From a bacterium (lineage in GTDB: Bacteria; Hinthialibacterota; Hinthialibacteria; Hinthialibacterales; Hinthialibacteraceae), in NCBI GenBank assembly GCA_963662285.2, contig CAXXMV010000001.1, positions 832,001 to 896,000 on the forward strand: a stretch of 64,000 nt of DNA, given 5' to 3'. Both the position numbers and the translations under genes were made by a program. Positions 20,138-30,287 of this stretch are shown in pieces. Positions within the stretch are counted from its first letter, which is position 1. Each line of letters begins with the position of its first letter. The notes beneath the pieces were generated by a model. The model saw only the letters and a program-made list of their open reading frames with translations. It was not told the origin of the DNA and did no database searches.

Positions 20138-21528
20138 AAAACCGGCTCCTCTACTGATTGGCGAGAATTTGTGGAAGAACCGTTTTTGTCAACGTCATTA
20201 GGTCGAGGCTTGACATCTCCGTATGATTTCAACACGGATGTCAGTAAATATGGACCAATCAACTGCTGGATCAACACGGCGAGAATCACGACGCCTATAG
20301 CGGTTTCACCAATAGCGCCGGGATGAATCAATGCAAAATCTACTACCATTGCCAGCGCCACGCCGCCTTGAGGAAGCATCGCCCAGCCCAGCCTGCCTTT
20401 GGTGCGTTGTTTGGGTTCTAATAACCAGTCCACTGCAATCCAACTTCCCAGCCAAAAACCTCCTAACCTGGCGACGCAATAAACCATGGTTAAAAGTAAA
20501 ACGGTTGGAGTAATAGGAGGCCACATGGCGCCTACCAAAATCATGAAGATTACAAAAAAAGGCTTTTCTGTTTCCAGCATGCGTGAGGTAATTCTGCTTC
20601 GAGCAAAGTTTGGCAGATTGACCAGGGTAATACCCATAATCATATTGACGAACAACGGAGAAAGCCGCAGGTATGAAGATAAACCACCAGAGAAGATTAC
20701 CGCCCCGGCCAGCAATAACAACATCTCATTATTGCCCAACCGGTGATTGGTTAAATAATGGAGCAGCCATCCTAATATATAGCCCAGCAGTAAAGTTAAT
20801 CCCAACCACTCAAAACCACTCATAATGTGTACTATGGGAGTTGCGATTGGGTTGAAGACGCCAATATCAGAAACGGAGGAAGACGCCCCGGATAGAATAC
20901 CAACATAACCAATGGATGTGGGATGATTAAAACAATACCAGATTCCCATAGCCAACACAGCAATTGGCGAACGGATCTCAGTCAAAAGTTGAAGCAATTT
21001 GGTAATATCGCCTTTAGCATCCAAGTCGCGCTTCAATAAAGCCAATGCTGAATATGTAGAAACAGCCGCGATGCAACCCAGCAGGAAAGCAAGATCAGAT
21101 ATTCCCACACGCCTTCCTTGAGAGGCGATTCCATTCGAGATAAATCCTATCCCGAATAAATGCAAAAACCATGGTGTTGAAATCAAGATAAATCCATAAC
21201 AGACGACAAAGGTGATAATGGATATAATCGCTCCCACCATCCATACTTTCAATGGAATACGCGCAATCACCTTTTTGTCAAATTGCAATCCGATCAGCAG
21301 ACCTATCCATCCCAGGCATAGACTTATAACCGGGGATAACTGCCGTAATGCGTCATGATTCAATACATTTGATACAGAAGGACCAGCCAGTAAACCAATA
21401 ATAAGGAATTCGGTTCCCGCCAAAAATAAATATTGCGTTCCCAAAGAGAAACGTTCGCGGAACAAGGTCAACCTCGACGCGGAGAAGCCAATCAATAAAA
21501 GAATAACAAAACCGAGAACAACATTCAT
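20134..21528 (-). CDS. CPA2-family antiporter-like protein (divergent)
   Basis: FLIIGLLAGP, LGWIGLLIGLQF, LSPLFVNM, PQGGVALAM, QLIGP; 4-bp overlap with the next antiporter. Confidence 0.8.
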   Translation of the reverse strand: MNVVLGFVILLLIGFSASRLTLFRERFSLGTQYLFLAGTEFLIIGLLAGPSVSNVLNHDALRQLSPVISLCLGWIGLLIGLQFDKKVIARIPLKVWMVGAIISIITFVVCYGFILISTPWFLHLFGIGFISNGIASQGRRVGISDLAFLLGCIAAVSTYSALALLKRDLDAKGDITKLLQLLTEIRSPIAVLAMGIWYCFNHPTSIGYVGILSGASSSVSDIGVFNPIATPIVHIMSGFEWLGLTLLLGYILGWLLHYLTNHRLGNNEMLLLLAGAVIFSGGLSSYLRLSPLFVNMIMGITLVNLPNFARSRITSRMLETEKPFFVIFMILVGAMWPPITPTVLLLTMVYCVARLGGFWLGSWIAVDWLLEPKQRTKGRLGWAMLPQGGVALAMVVDFALIHPGAIGETAIGVVILAVLIQQLIGPYLLTSVLKSYGDVKPRPNDVDKNGSSTNSRQSVEEPVL

Positions 21529-21670
21529 TTATATTTCTCAAAGTTATTATTTATTAATAGTTTATCTAATAATATTAATAAATTACGTAGATTTTCATTA
21601 AATTAATGTAGTAGGCGAATTATTTGGATTTCAGCATAATAATGCATGTAAGTTTAATTATATGGAAGGA

Positions 21671-21997
21671 TCATCGAGAGAGTATAAAATCAACCGGAAC
21701 GGTAAAAAGTTTTCCTACGCTGGGATCAGTAAGATCAATATCCAAGTCTCGGAGGACATTCAACAACCTATCAACGATTTCTTTGCCAGGTATAAGCGCG
21801 AAAATATTTTTGTTGAAATCACGCGATCCACGAGTAGATTGCAATAATCCGGCAAATATAGGGACGTCTTTAGCCAGGACGCGCTCCATGGCTACGCCAT
21901 CAATAACCGTTGCATTGACAATTTCCAATTCAACCAATTCCGCGAGTATATCATCAAGAAATTCTTCCTGATTTAATATAATTACAAGAAGTTGCAT
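21671..21997 (-). CDS. PII-like (GlnB-fold) signalling protein
   Basis: MQLLVIIL..LDDILAEL..ATVIDG..PIFAGL..GKLFTVPV pattern; about 108 aa. Confidence 0.65.
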   Translation of the reverse strand: MQLLVIILNQEEFLDDILAELVELEIVNATVIDGVAMERVLAKDVPIFAGLLQSTRGSRDFNKNIFALIPGKEIVDRLLNVLRDLDIDLTDPSVGKLFTVPVDFILSR

Positions 21998-22119
21998 AGA
22001 AATAACCAAAAATCAAAATTCTTATTTAGAAACATAAAAACGATTTTTACATAATAAATCAAAAATTAATTGGAAACAGAATTATTCTTATCTCCCTCAT
22101 ATTCGGATAGATAAGGTAA

Positions 22120-22578
22120 TCATATTTCTTCACGGGACTTAATTAACGAAAGGATATCTTCAGCTGATTCAGATTTTAGTACTTGATTACGAAAATCAGC
22201 TTTCCGGAAGAAACGGGATATTTTACTGAGGATACTTAAGAAAGAAGTTTGCAATCGCGGCTCTCCCGCCAGCATGAATATTAAATTCACTGGTTGCCCG
22301 TCAAGCGAATCAAAATCAACGCCTTGAGAACATATACCAAGGCTCAAAACTAATCCCTGAACTCCCTTAGCAGTAGCATGTGGAATAGCAATTCCCTGAC
22401 CGATGCCCGTGGTTTGGATATTCTCACGCGCAAGAAGAGCCTCTACCAATGCATCAATATCAGCCACATTACAGCTTTGAGCGGCGAGTTGCGCCATTTC
22501 AGACATGACGCTCGGTTTAGATTGACCTTGGATATCTAGCGATATACAGTTAACCGAAAGAATTTCAGACAGATTCAT
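22120..22578 (-). CDS. PTS EIIA component (PtsN/fructose-mannitol IIA family)
   Basis: ARENIQTTGIGQGIAIPHA with the phosphorylatable His, GVDFDSLDGQPV; start corrected to MNLSEIL at 22578. Confidence 0.9.
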   Translation of the reverse strand: MNLSEILSVNCISLDIQGQSKPSVMSEMAQLAAQSCNVADIDALVEALLARENIQTTGIGQGIAIPHATAKGVQGLVLSLGICSQGVDFDSLDGQPVNLIFMLAGEPRLQTSFLSILSKISRFFRKADFRNQVLKSESAEDILSLIKSREEI

Positions 22579-22907
22579 GTAGTATATTCCTATCATCCAA
22601 GACTTTTGAATATTATACAAAAAGGAGAACGAGTAACAATACTTGTGCATAAACGTTTTAAAAATAATCTGAAAAATATTGTAAAAATTCGTTAAAATTT
22701 TCTTTTTAAAATCCTGTAAAACTTGCCTTTTTGGGATAAAAAGCACTTATTTGCAAGCATATTTTCGCGAATCGATCTAACAAAAAAAAGTATCCGCGAT
22801 ATATTTCAAACCAGACAATTATATGAGAATCAGATTAAATTCATAAAAAGCAAAATAATGCTTGATTTTTGCCGTATGTTTAATGACAATATTATATATA
22901 GAGGAAA

Positions 22908-23342
22908 TTGAAGATGAGCAAATTTTGGAAATCATTAGTAATACTAATTGTTTTATTTATTGGAGTAAATATTGCCAAAAAAGTCATCAACATCACCAAA
23001 ACAGCATTGACATCATCCGATGGCAAATACGATGTCATTGATGGCATGGTTGGCAAGGTTGGCGTCGATAAGTTTTTGGAGATAAAAGAAAAACGGGATA
23101 CTTTCAACCTTCCAGCATTTAAAACTGGATTAATGATGTTCCAAACTCAGCATGGACGGCTTCCAAAAGATATGGCTGAATTAGAAAACGCAGGAGATGT
23201 TGGATCAGAAGTAACCCGAGACCGCTTCGGGAATCAGTTTCATATGCAGATAATGAACAACAAATCAGTAATTCTGATGAGCGCAGGTAAAGATAAGATT
23301 AAAGGAACAACAGACGATTTGAAATATAATATCTCATTGTAG
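22908..23342 (+). CDS. Membrane-anchored protein with GspG/pseudopilin-like globular domain
   Basis: N-terminal TM; MFQTQHGRLP..DRFGNQF..LMSAGKDKIKGTTDDL resembles the GspG C-terminal domain. Confidence 0.6.
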   Translation: MKMSKFWKSLVILIVLFIGVNIAKKVINITKTALTSSDGKYDVIDGMVGKVGVDKFLEIKEKRDTFNLPAFKTGLMMFQTQHGRLPKDMAELENAGDVGSEVTRDRFGNQFHMQIMNNKSVILMSAGKDKIKGTTDDLKYNISL

Positions 23343-23417
23343 AGATGAGCCATATATTTATTATTCGTTTTTGTAATTAGACTAAAGGTCAATAGGCCCC
23401 GAACGGAGGACCTAGTC

Positions 23418-24020
23418 ATGGAAACGATCCTTCATGAAGAAGAACAAATTTCGCTGTTGGGGAAGATGCTGTATTATTCAGCAAAAAATCTAACATCCCG
23501 CGAACGTGAAATCTATGATCATCTTGTCGAATCTTTGCTGCGTAAAGTTCACAAAAAACGTGAGGTCGAACAACGACATCACTCCAGCGATCACTATTTA
23601 CTTAACGCCCAGCATGAAGCGATTAAGAATTCGATTCGCAACAAAAGCCCGGAAGATATTTGCCGCATGTTTGTTGAAGCCTGGAACAAGCAAGATTTCG
23701 AGACGGAATTTTTCTGCTTGGCGAATTGCTTTCCTATGAGGAAAAAGAAAACCAACGATGTCAATGAATATGTGCTGCAACGTATGGGGAAATATCAAGA
23801 CCGGAAAAATGTCGGTCCAATCATCAAAAAAGCCCTTGATATCACATCATCACAAACCCAAGGCAACAAGATATCAATCTACTGCATAGAACTCCATAAG
23901 ATGCCGAATAGAGACTTGACGCTTCACCGTGAATACGAGTTCTTGTATGAGAATAATGCCTGGCGAATCGCCGATTATGAAACAATAAAAAGCCATGAAA
24001 TCGCTTCTGAACGGAAGTGA
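23418..24020 (+). CDS. Hypothetical protein, possible NTF2-like C-terminal domain
   Basis: SD ggagg; PEDICRMFVEAWNKQDF...FLYENNAWRI is NTF2-like. Confidence 0.6.
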   Translation: METILHEEEQISLLGKMLYYSAKNLTSREREIYDHLVESLLRKVHKKREVEQRHHSSDHYLLNAQHEAIKNSIRNKSPEDICRMFVEAWNKQDFETEFFCLANCFPMRKKKTNDVNEYVLQRMGKYQDRKNVGPIIKKALDITSSQTQGNKISIYCIELHKMPNRDLTLHREYEFLYENNAWRIADYETIKSHEIASERK

Positions 24021-24328
24021 TTTCATGCATATTGCCTTCTAAACAAAAATACGCCTGTTCATTTTTCAACACTTAATTGATATTTTTTGTCTCATTTTTA
24101 AAAAAAATTTATTAATTTGACTCTATCTTGTATGTTTATATCTTCCCGAAATACTCTTCACACTCAAAAGAACCATTCAAAAAGCCATTAATCATAAATT
24201 AATGCCATTTTATTTTTTTTGAGATATCGTTACAAAACATGAAATATTACGTATTGAATGAACGTTTGATTATAAAGCGAATGATTATTCAAAAAATAAA
24301 TCGCAGGAATTTCAAGAACCTAATTGAT

Positions 24329-24345
24329 TAGGAACAAGAATTGCA
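24329..24345 (+). promoter_or_regulatory. Possible sigma-54 (-24/-12) promoter upstream of the lytic transglycosylase
   Basis: taGGaacaagaattGCa: GG-N10-GC spacing with TTGCA. Confidence 0.35.
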
Positions 24346-24448
24346 GTAGAGTTTACTGCAAGGAATCCTGCAGAAGACATTACATCTATGTCCTTGCAAC
24401 AAAAAAAAGTCCGTTTTTAAGATATAATATCATTTTTGAGGGATTATA

Positions 24449-25309
24449 ATGACTATGTGGTTGGAACGTCTTCGTCGTAAATCTCCTTCGATAAATAAGG
24501 AGATATTGGGAAAGAGGTATATTCAGACATCCTCAATCCTACTAATTCTTATCTTCCTGACTACCGTTGGTTTTGCAGGCGGGTCAATCTATTGGATAGT
24601 TAAAAAGGATAACGAATTAGAAAAATCCCGCCGCATCGAATTAGAACTACGCAACAACATCAAAGAGAGAGATTACGTTATTCAGCAATTTCGCCAGCGA
24701 ATTCAACAACTGGAAAGGCGCGTTGAAATCTTAGACGCCATACAGGAATTAAGCGCTAATAACGTATCAAAAGAAGACCAACTCAAAATTGCAAAACAGG
24801 TTGATGAAACCTGTTCAAAATATGGCCAGAATCCTTTTTTGATTTTAGCTATTATGTCTACCGAATCATCTATTCAACCCTGGGCTGCTTCTAGCAAAGG
24901 CGCCAGCGGCTTGATGCAGATTATGCCCAGCACTGGTCGCTATCTATCCAAACAGGTAAAAGAATCACCACAGTTAATCGGCGTCAAAGAGGATGAAGAA
25001 TTCGACGTTCCTCATTACCGCAATATCAATGGCAATATCGAATTGGGAACGCTTTACCTGACCCAGTTAATGCTCAAATATAAAAGCCTGGAATACGCCA
25101 TTTACGCCTACAACCTGGGGCCTGGACTCTTTGAAAAACGGCGTGAAACAAGTGGACCTTATCCCAGAAAATATCTGGCTAAAATAATGAAACGATACGC
25201 CAAATTAGCTTCTGATCATAATTTTGAAGATAATCAAGTCGCTGCTTCACTTTACACCTCCAACGATATTAATAAGCTTCTGGTTTTAGCCAATATTCCT
25301 ACCTATTAA
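24449..25309 (+). CDS. Membrane-anchored SLT-family lytic transglycosylase with coiled-coil stalk
   Basis: TM, coiled coil, AIMSTESS (catalytic Glu), GASGLMQIMP, AYNLGPG. Confidence 0.9.
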   Translation: MTMWLERLRRKSPSINKEILGKRYIQTSSILLILIFLTTVGFAGGSIYWIVKKDNELEKSRRIELELRNNIKERDYVIQQFRQRIQQLERRVEILDAIQELSANNVSKEDQLKIAKQVDETCSKYGQNPFLILAIMSTESSIQPWAASSKGASGLMQIMPSTGRYLSKQVKESPQLIGVKEDEEFDVPHYRNINGNIELGTLYLTQLMLKYKSLEYAIYAYNLGPGLFEKRRETSGPYPRKYLAKIMKRYAKLASDHNFEDNQVAASLYTSNDINKLLVLANIPTY

Positions 25310-25430
25310 ATTAAGATATGCTATGATTCTTTATTCTCAGAGCATAAATCATTAATTTACCTGTTTATAACGCATCAATACAAATTTATACCGGTGGCTT
25401 TTTAGAACTATTTAAGAAAAATCGCTCTAT

Positions 25431-26282
25431 ATGAAGAATGAAATTGATATGAAACCTCAGGAATCAAACACTTTATGGACAGAGGACTTGGCTTTCGGCA
25501 TCCCTGTGATTGACCGTGATCATAAAATGCTGATTGAATTTATGCAAGATTTTTTAGAGAATATAAAAGAGGACTATAGTCTGAATAAATTGCAAACCAC
25601 CTTATCTTTTCTAAAAGATTATACCAATATGCATTTTGAACACGAAGAAGCGCTTATGAAGGATATTGAGTATGAGGATTTCGAGAAACATCAAGTTATG
25701 CATATCAAATTTTGTTATAACATCGAGAAAATAGAAGGAGAATTTGTTCCCGGATTCGATATAAAAAAGTCGTTATCACAGACCCGTTTCCTGCTATACA
25801 CTTGGTATACCAATCATATTAAAAATACCGACCGGCAATATGTCGCTTTGTTTAAACAAAAGCGCGGCGAGCATTCAAAACCTGGATCATACAAACTATG
25901 GGATAACAGCATGTTGATCGGAATTCCCGAAATCGACCGGGAGCACAAAGCCCTGGTTGAGACTGTTGAAGACTTGATTAACGCCGTTTCCCAGAAAAAA
26001 CATTATACCGAAACACTAGTCAGACGCACGATCCAGTTCCTGAAGAATTATACCAAACTTCATTTTAACCACGAAGAACTTTATCTCGAAGAACGGAAAT
26101 ACCTTGATTTACCGGATCATAAAATTCTGCATCAAATATTCACCAATAACATTAAAGAGATCGGCGTTCAACTGGAATTGCATCCCCATTCAAAAGAGAC
26201 GCTGACATCCATCCAATCACTGTTGCTAAAGTGGTTCTTAGATCATATCTGCGATGAAGACCAGAAATACGCCCTGATCTAG
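25431..26282 (+). CDS. Tandem two-domain bacteriohemerythrin
   Basis: Two complete ligand sets: IDxxH, HFxxEE, HxxxH, HIxxxD. Confidence 0.9.
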   Translation: MKNEIDMKPQESNTLWTEDLAFGIPVIDRDHKMLIEFMQDFLENIKEDYSLNKLQTTLSFLKDYTNMHFEHEEALMKDIEYEDFEKHQVMHIKFCYNIEKIEGEFVPGFDIKKSLSQTRFLLYTWYTNHIKNTDRQYVALFKQKRGEHSKPGSYKLWDNSMLIGIPEIDREHKALVETVEDLINAVSQKKHYTETLVRRTIQFLKNYTKLHFNHEELYLEERKYLDLPDHKILHQIFTNNIKEIGVQLELHPHSKETLTSIQSLLLKWFLDHICDEDQKYALI

Positions 26283-26393
26283 AGTTATTGCCTAACAACA
26301 TTCTGATTCGAAATACGGAAAATCAATAAAAGAATGGCTTTTCCATAGACCGAATGTGATCATAAACCTATAAAATATTATAACCACTCTAGT

Positions 26394-28295
26394 TTACTGA
26401 GGCATCCGGTTTTTACATGATTCCAAAATACTGTCCAACATTTTACTGTATGACATGTCCTGTATTTTAGCCATTTTCGCTAAGTGTCCATCCCAGCACC
26501 AACCGGGGTTAGGATTGACTTCTAATAGTCGCGGCGTGTCATTGTTATCAAGTCGCCAGTCAAAACGCGCATAATCACGGCAATCCAGGCGCTCAAACAA
26601 CTTTAGACAACTTGCTTCTAAAAATCTCTCGGTATATTCCACTAAGTTGGCCGGGATGGATTTGATTTTCCAATAGGGTGAATTCGGATCCCATTTAGCT
26701 TCATATCCGCAAATTTTCGGTAAACCTTTAGGTAAAACCGAATAATCCTCTTCAATAATAGGTAGTATGGTATATGAATTGGGTGGATTTCCGATAATGC
26801 CAACGCTTATATCTTTTCCCGTTAAAAATTCTTCGACCAGAATTGGATTGTTGTAGCCAAATTTTTCTCTGATTACAATGATCGCGCTTTCCAATGAGTG
26901 TAGATCATAACAGACATTCTTTTGCGTAATGCCGAAACTCGAATCTCCGAAATTAGGTTTAACAATAACAGGAAAGGTAAGCGGAAACTCGACAAATTGA
27001 ATATCCTCTGGTTTTATCATAAAGGCTTTTGGAACAGGGATATCCATTTCTTTGGCTATACCGCGTATCAGTGATTTATCATAACAGTAAGAAAGACATT
27101 GGGGAGTGCCGCCTGAGTAATGAAATCCCAGCAATTCCAAAAGCGCGGTAATATGCAATTCCTTGGATGCTTCATTGTTAAAACCTTCATCACATAGATT
27201 AAGTACAAAACTACATTTTTCTTTTATCTTTTGCAGATCTTTGATCAAGTTGTCATGTTGGTTCAGGTAAATAAAATTATATTTTGACAAACCGGATAAA
27301 GCTCTTTTTAACTCGTTAATAGTATGATAATCATCCTCATCAAAGATTGATTCAGGCTTAATCACATCCGTTTTACTGGGATCACCCATCAAGACAATGA
27401 CTGATTCCTTCACTTTTGAGCGTTTTTTAACCGGCGACCATTCCTTTTTAGCAACAGCAATAACAACTATACGTTCCGCCATCATGCCTAAATCTTGATT
27501 CCGTTTTGATTCAGAGGATACTTTTGAGTAGTTTATGAAATTTACAAATCCCGCTTTTGTCAATATATCCTTAAGATCATCATTGGAATAAAGCCGTTCC
27601 GCATAGAATTGATCAGCGACAACGCCTTTGTGTACATGAGTGATAACTTCTCTGGATACTAACCGTTCCATACTTTCAGAGAGAGAACGTTCACGGCATA
27701 CAAAATAGTTCTTGTCAATCCACTCCCAACTACGCGGTTGAAAATTATCCCGCATATAGTTGCCATCTGTGATATCGATCAACAATTTTCCTTCCGGCTT
27801 TAATACGCGCATAACTTCATCCAGGATTTTCATATCATCCTGAGTGGATTCAAAATATCCGAAACTGTTTCCGGCAATTATTACGGCGTCAAAGTTATCA
27901 TTTGGGAAGGGTAATTTTCTGGCGTCACCTTCTTTGAAAATGACATTTAGACCTTTGGTTTTGTTGATTTTTCTCGCCCGATCTATCAGGTAATGCGAAC
28001 GATCAAAACCCACAACATTGGTATACTCTCTTTTCGCAATTTCCAAAGCATGGCGTCCTTGACCACAGCAGAGGTCCAAGATAGAACTGCTCTTTGAGGC
28101 TTCTATCGCAGCCAGGAAAATATCTACCTCTTTTTCGGTTATATCTTTATCTTCTACAACGTCTCCATCGGTTCGCAGATAATTTGCATTAAAAATATGA
28201 CGCCACCAATCGGCTTTTACATAACTTTCCAGATTGTCAACAGGACCTAATACATCGATTAATTTTTTATTGCTGTTTTGCGGATTCTTTGACAT
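26394..28295 (-). CDS. SAM methyltransferase fused to D-Ala-D-Ala-ligase-like ATP-grasp domain
   Basis: ILDLCCGQGRH, GDARKLP, NSFGYF; VIVKPNFGDSSFGI, ILVEEFLTG, YEAKW, YARFDWR, LEVNPNPG. Confidence 0.85.
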   Translation of the reverse strand: MSKNPQNSNKKLIDVLGPVDNLESYVKADWWRHIFNANYLRTDGDVVEDKDITEKEVDIFLAAIEASKSSSILDLCCGQGRHALEIAKREYTNVVGFDRSHYLIDRARKINKTKGLNVIFKEGDARKLPFPNDNFDAVIIAGNSFGYFESTQDDMKILDEVMRVLKPEGKLLIDITDGNYMRDNFQPRSWEWIDKNYFVCRERSLSESMERLVSREVITHVHKGVVADQFYAERLYSNDDLKDILTKAGFVNFINYSKVSSESKRNQDLGMMAERIVVIAVAKKEWSPVKKRSKVKESVIVLMGDPSKTDVIKPESIFDEDDYHTINELKRALSGLSKYNFIYLNQHDNLIKDLQKIKEKCSFVLNLCDEGFNNEASKELHITALLELLGFHYSGGTPQCLSYCYDKSLIRGIAKEMDIPVPKAFMIKPEDIQFVEFPLTFPVIVKPNFGDSSFGITQKNVCYDLHSLESAIIVIREKFGYNNPILVEEFLTGKDISVGIIGNPPNSYTILPIIEEDYSVLPKGLPKICGYEAKWDPNSPYWKIKSIPANLVEYTERFLEASCLKLFERLDCRDYARFDWRLDNNDTPRLLEVNPNPGWCWDGHLAKMAKIQDMSYSKMLDSILESCKNRMPQ

Positions 28296-28539
28296 TAGTT
28301 TTCCCTATATCTCAAAAGATATTTACTTAAGGCGATACATTGAATTGATAAATTTCGCTCTATTCAATTGCTGCATCCAATTTTCTTGAAAATATATTAT
28401 TTCTTTAGAGCGGCTCTCAAAATCATGTTCACTATACTCGCTTTTGATTGTAGAAAAAACCTATCTTATACAACTTTGCGATACCAAAATATATACATTA
28501 TTAATAAATTGCAACATACTGAAACAACAGCAGAATAAG

Positions 28540-29742
28540 TTATTTCTCCAAAGCCTGCTCCAGGTCAGATATTAAATCGTTGACGTCTTCGATCCCAACC
28601 GCAAGACGGAAAAGGGTATCACTGATGCCTATAGCGATACGTTCTTCCCGTGAATAGTTATAATAGCTAACCATAGCGGGATGAGTGATAAGAGTTTCAA
28701 CGCCGCCCAGACTAGGTCCGATATAACATAATTCAATAGCATCCATAAATCTTTTGGCGGTTGATAAATCACCGTCAATTTCAAAACTGACCACGCCCCC
28801 GCCTCCGCTCATCTGTTCTTTGGCGATGGAGTAATGAGGATGGCTTTTCAGGAATGGATAAAAGACTTTTGTGATTTTGGGATGATCTTCCAGGAACTGG
28901 GCAATTTGCAGAGTCGACTCATTTTGTCGGGCGACGCGCAATGGGAAGGTTTTTAAGCCGCGCAGCAGCAAGTAGCTGCAATGAGGATCCATGACTCCTC
29001 CCATGGTTTTATGTAAATCCCTGATCTGATCAATCAAATCTTTTCGTCCCAGAACCGCTCCAGCCAGGATATCATTATGCCCGGCCAGATACTTGGTTGC
29101 GCTTTGCAGAACCAGATCAATGCCGAATTCTATGGGTCTCTGATTAAATGGAGTGCTAAATGTACTATCGATCAAAGTAAGCACATTATTTCTATCAGCG
29201 ATTTCTTTGAGTTTGACCAGGTCAAAGATATTCAAATAGGGATTAGTAGGCGATTCAGAGAATATAAAACGGGTATTCTGGTTGATGGCGCCCTCTATGG
29301 CCTCGTAATCGCCAAAAGGAACAACCGTGCAATCAACATGGAAATTCTTCAAAAAGGTATTACAGAATTCCAAAGTTTTTTTATAACTATCATCAGTAAA
29401 AACAATATGATCGCCCGCCTTTACCAATGACAAAATCGTAGTGGTTATGGCGCTCATACCTGAAGAAAAGGCAATGCCGTCTTCCGCCCCTTCCAAATCA
29501 GCTAATCGTCTTTCAGCGATTTGAACGGTTGGATTTCCATACCGCCCATATTCATAATGTTCTTTCCCATGTTGGGTATAGTCTTCTATTCTCTGGGCGT
29601 TTTCAAAAACAAAAGTCGAAGACTGAATAATAGGCGTCGTTATGGAATCCGCATATTTCTTCTTTGATTCTGCCGCGTGTATTGCTCGCGTGAAAATTGA
29701 TTTGCCTTTGGTTGTTTTATCTTTTGATGAAGATTGACTCAT
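28540..29742 (-). CDS. Cys/Met metabolism PLP enzyme (cystathionine gamma-synthase-like)
   Basis: YGRYGNPT, SSGMSA, ESPTNP, DSTF, SATKYLAGH (PLP lysine), SLGGVETL, RLAVGIED. Confidence 0.9.
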   Translation of the reverse strand: MSQSSSKDKTTKGKSIFTRAIHAAESKKKYADSITTPIIQSSTFVFENAQRIEDYTQHGKEHYEYGRYGNPTVQIAERRLADLEGAEDGIAFSSGMSAITTTILSLVKAGDHIVFTDDSYKKTLEFCNTFLKNFHVDCTVVPFGDYEAIEGAINQNTRFIFSESPTNPYLNIFDLVKLKEIADRNNVLTLIDSTFSTPFNQRPIEFGIDLVLQSATKYLAGHNDILAGAVLGRKDLIDQIRDLHKTMGGVMDPHCSYLLLRGLKTFPLRVARQNESTLQIAQFLEDHPKITKVFYPFLKSHPHYSIAKEQMSGGGGVVSFEIDGDLSTAKRFMDAIELCYIGPSLGGVETLITHPAMVSYYNYSREERIAIGISDTLFRLAVGIEDVNDLISDLEQALEK

Positions 29743-30287
29743 TCTTTATCCCCTTCTTCGTTCTCATGAAAATGCATACTCCAATTTCGCCAATCGCGTA
29801 ATATATTATGCTTCAAGGCTTCATAAATGAACCTGAATAAGCATTTCAATCAGAATATTAATAGTTCCCGCTTTTCATTGAGAAGAACACAGCCGGTTTA
29901 ATTAACAATAATTCATCCATGTATCCCAATTTTCCCCAAAACCTAACCACATGGAATCTAACCATTAGAATATATGCAAGTAACAAATACTCAATCCATA
30001 TTAGTCCTTATGCTGAAATTGTTTAGATATTATTTTCATGACCAATATTAACAAAAAACTACGCTAACAAGATGATTTACTTATATTATTTTAAGAAAAT
30101 ATCGCTGAAATCAGCAGAATGTGTGACGATGGCTTTTTCTCAATCGTTTTCTCATTAGAATGGCAAAAGATTAAAAAAAGAGTTATGGTAGTCAAAAACC
30201 AATAAATTCCAATTTCTGAGTTAACGTTACAGCTATTGAAATAAAAAATAAATAAAATCGCCAGACCGCTTGCTAAGGAGCAGAAAC

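Noticed and set aside
22579-22746. 56-aa N-terminal extension of the EIIA ORF
   Set aside because: It is AT-rich upstream sequence read in frame; the domain and an SD-like motif support the start at 22578.
29743-30287. Long intergenic region upstream of the trans-sulfuration gene, checked for a SAM riboswitch or T-box
   Set aside because: No SAM-I core or T-box motif is visible on the minus strand; it looks like an AT-rich divergent promoter region.
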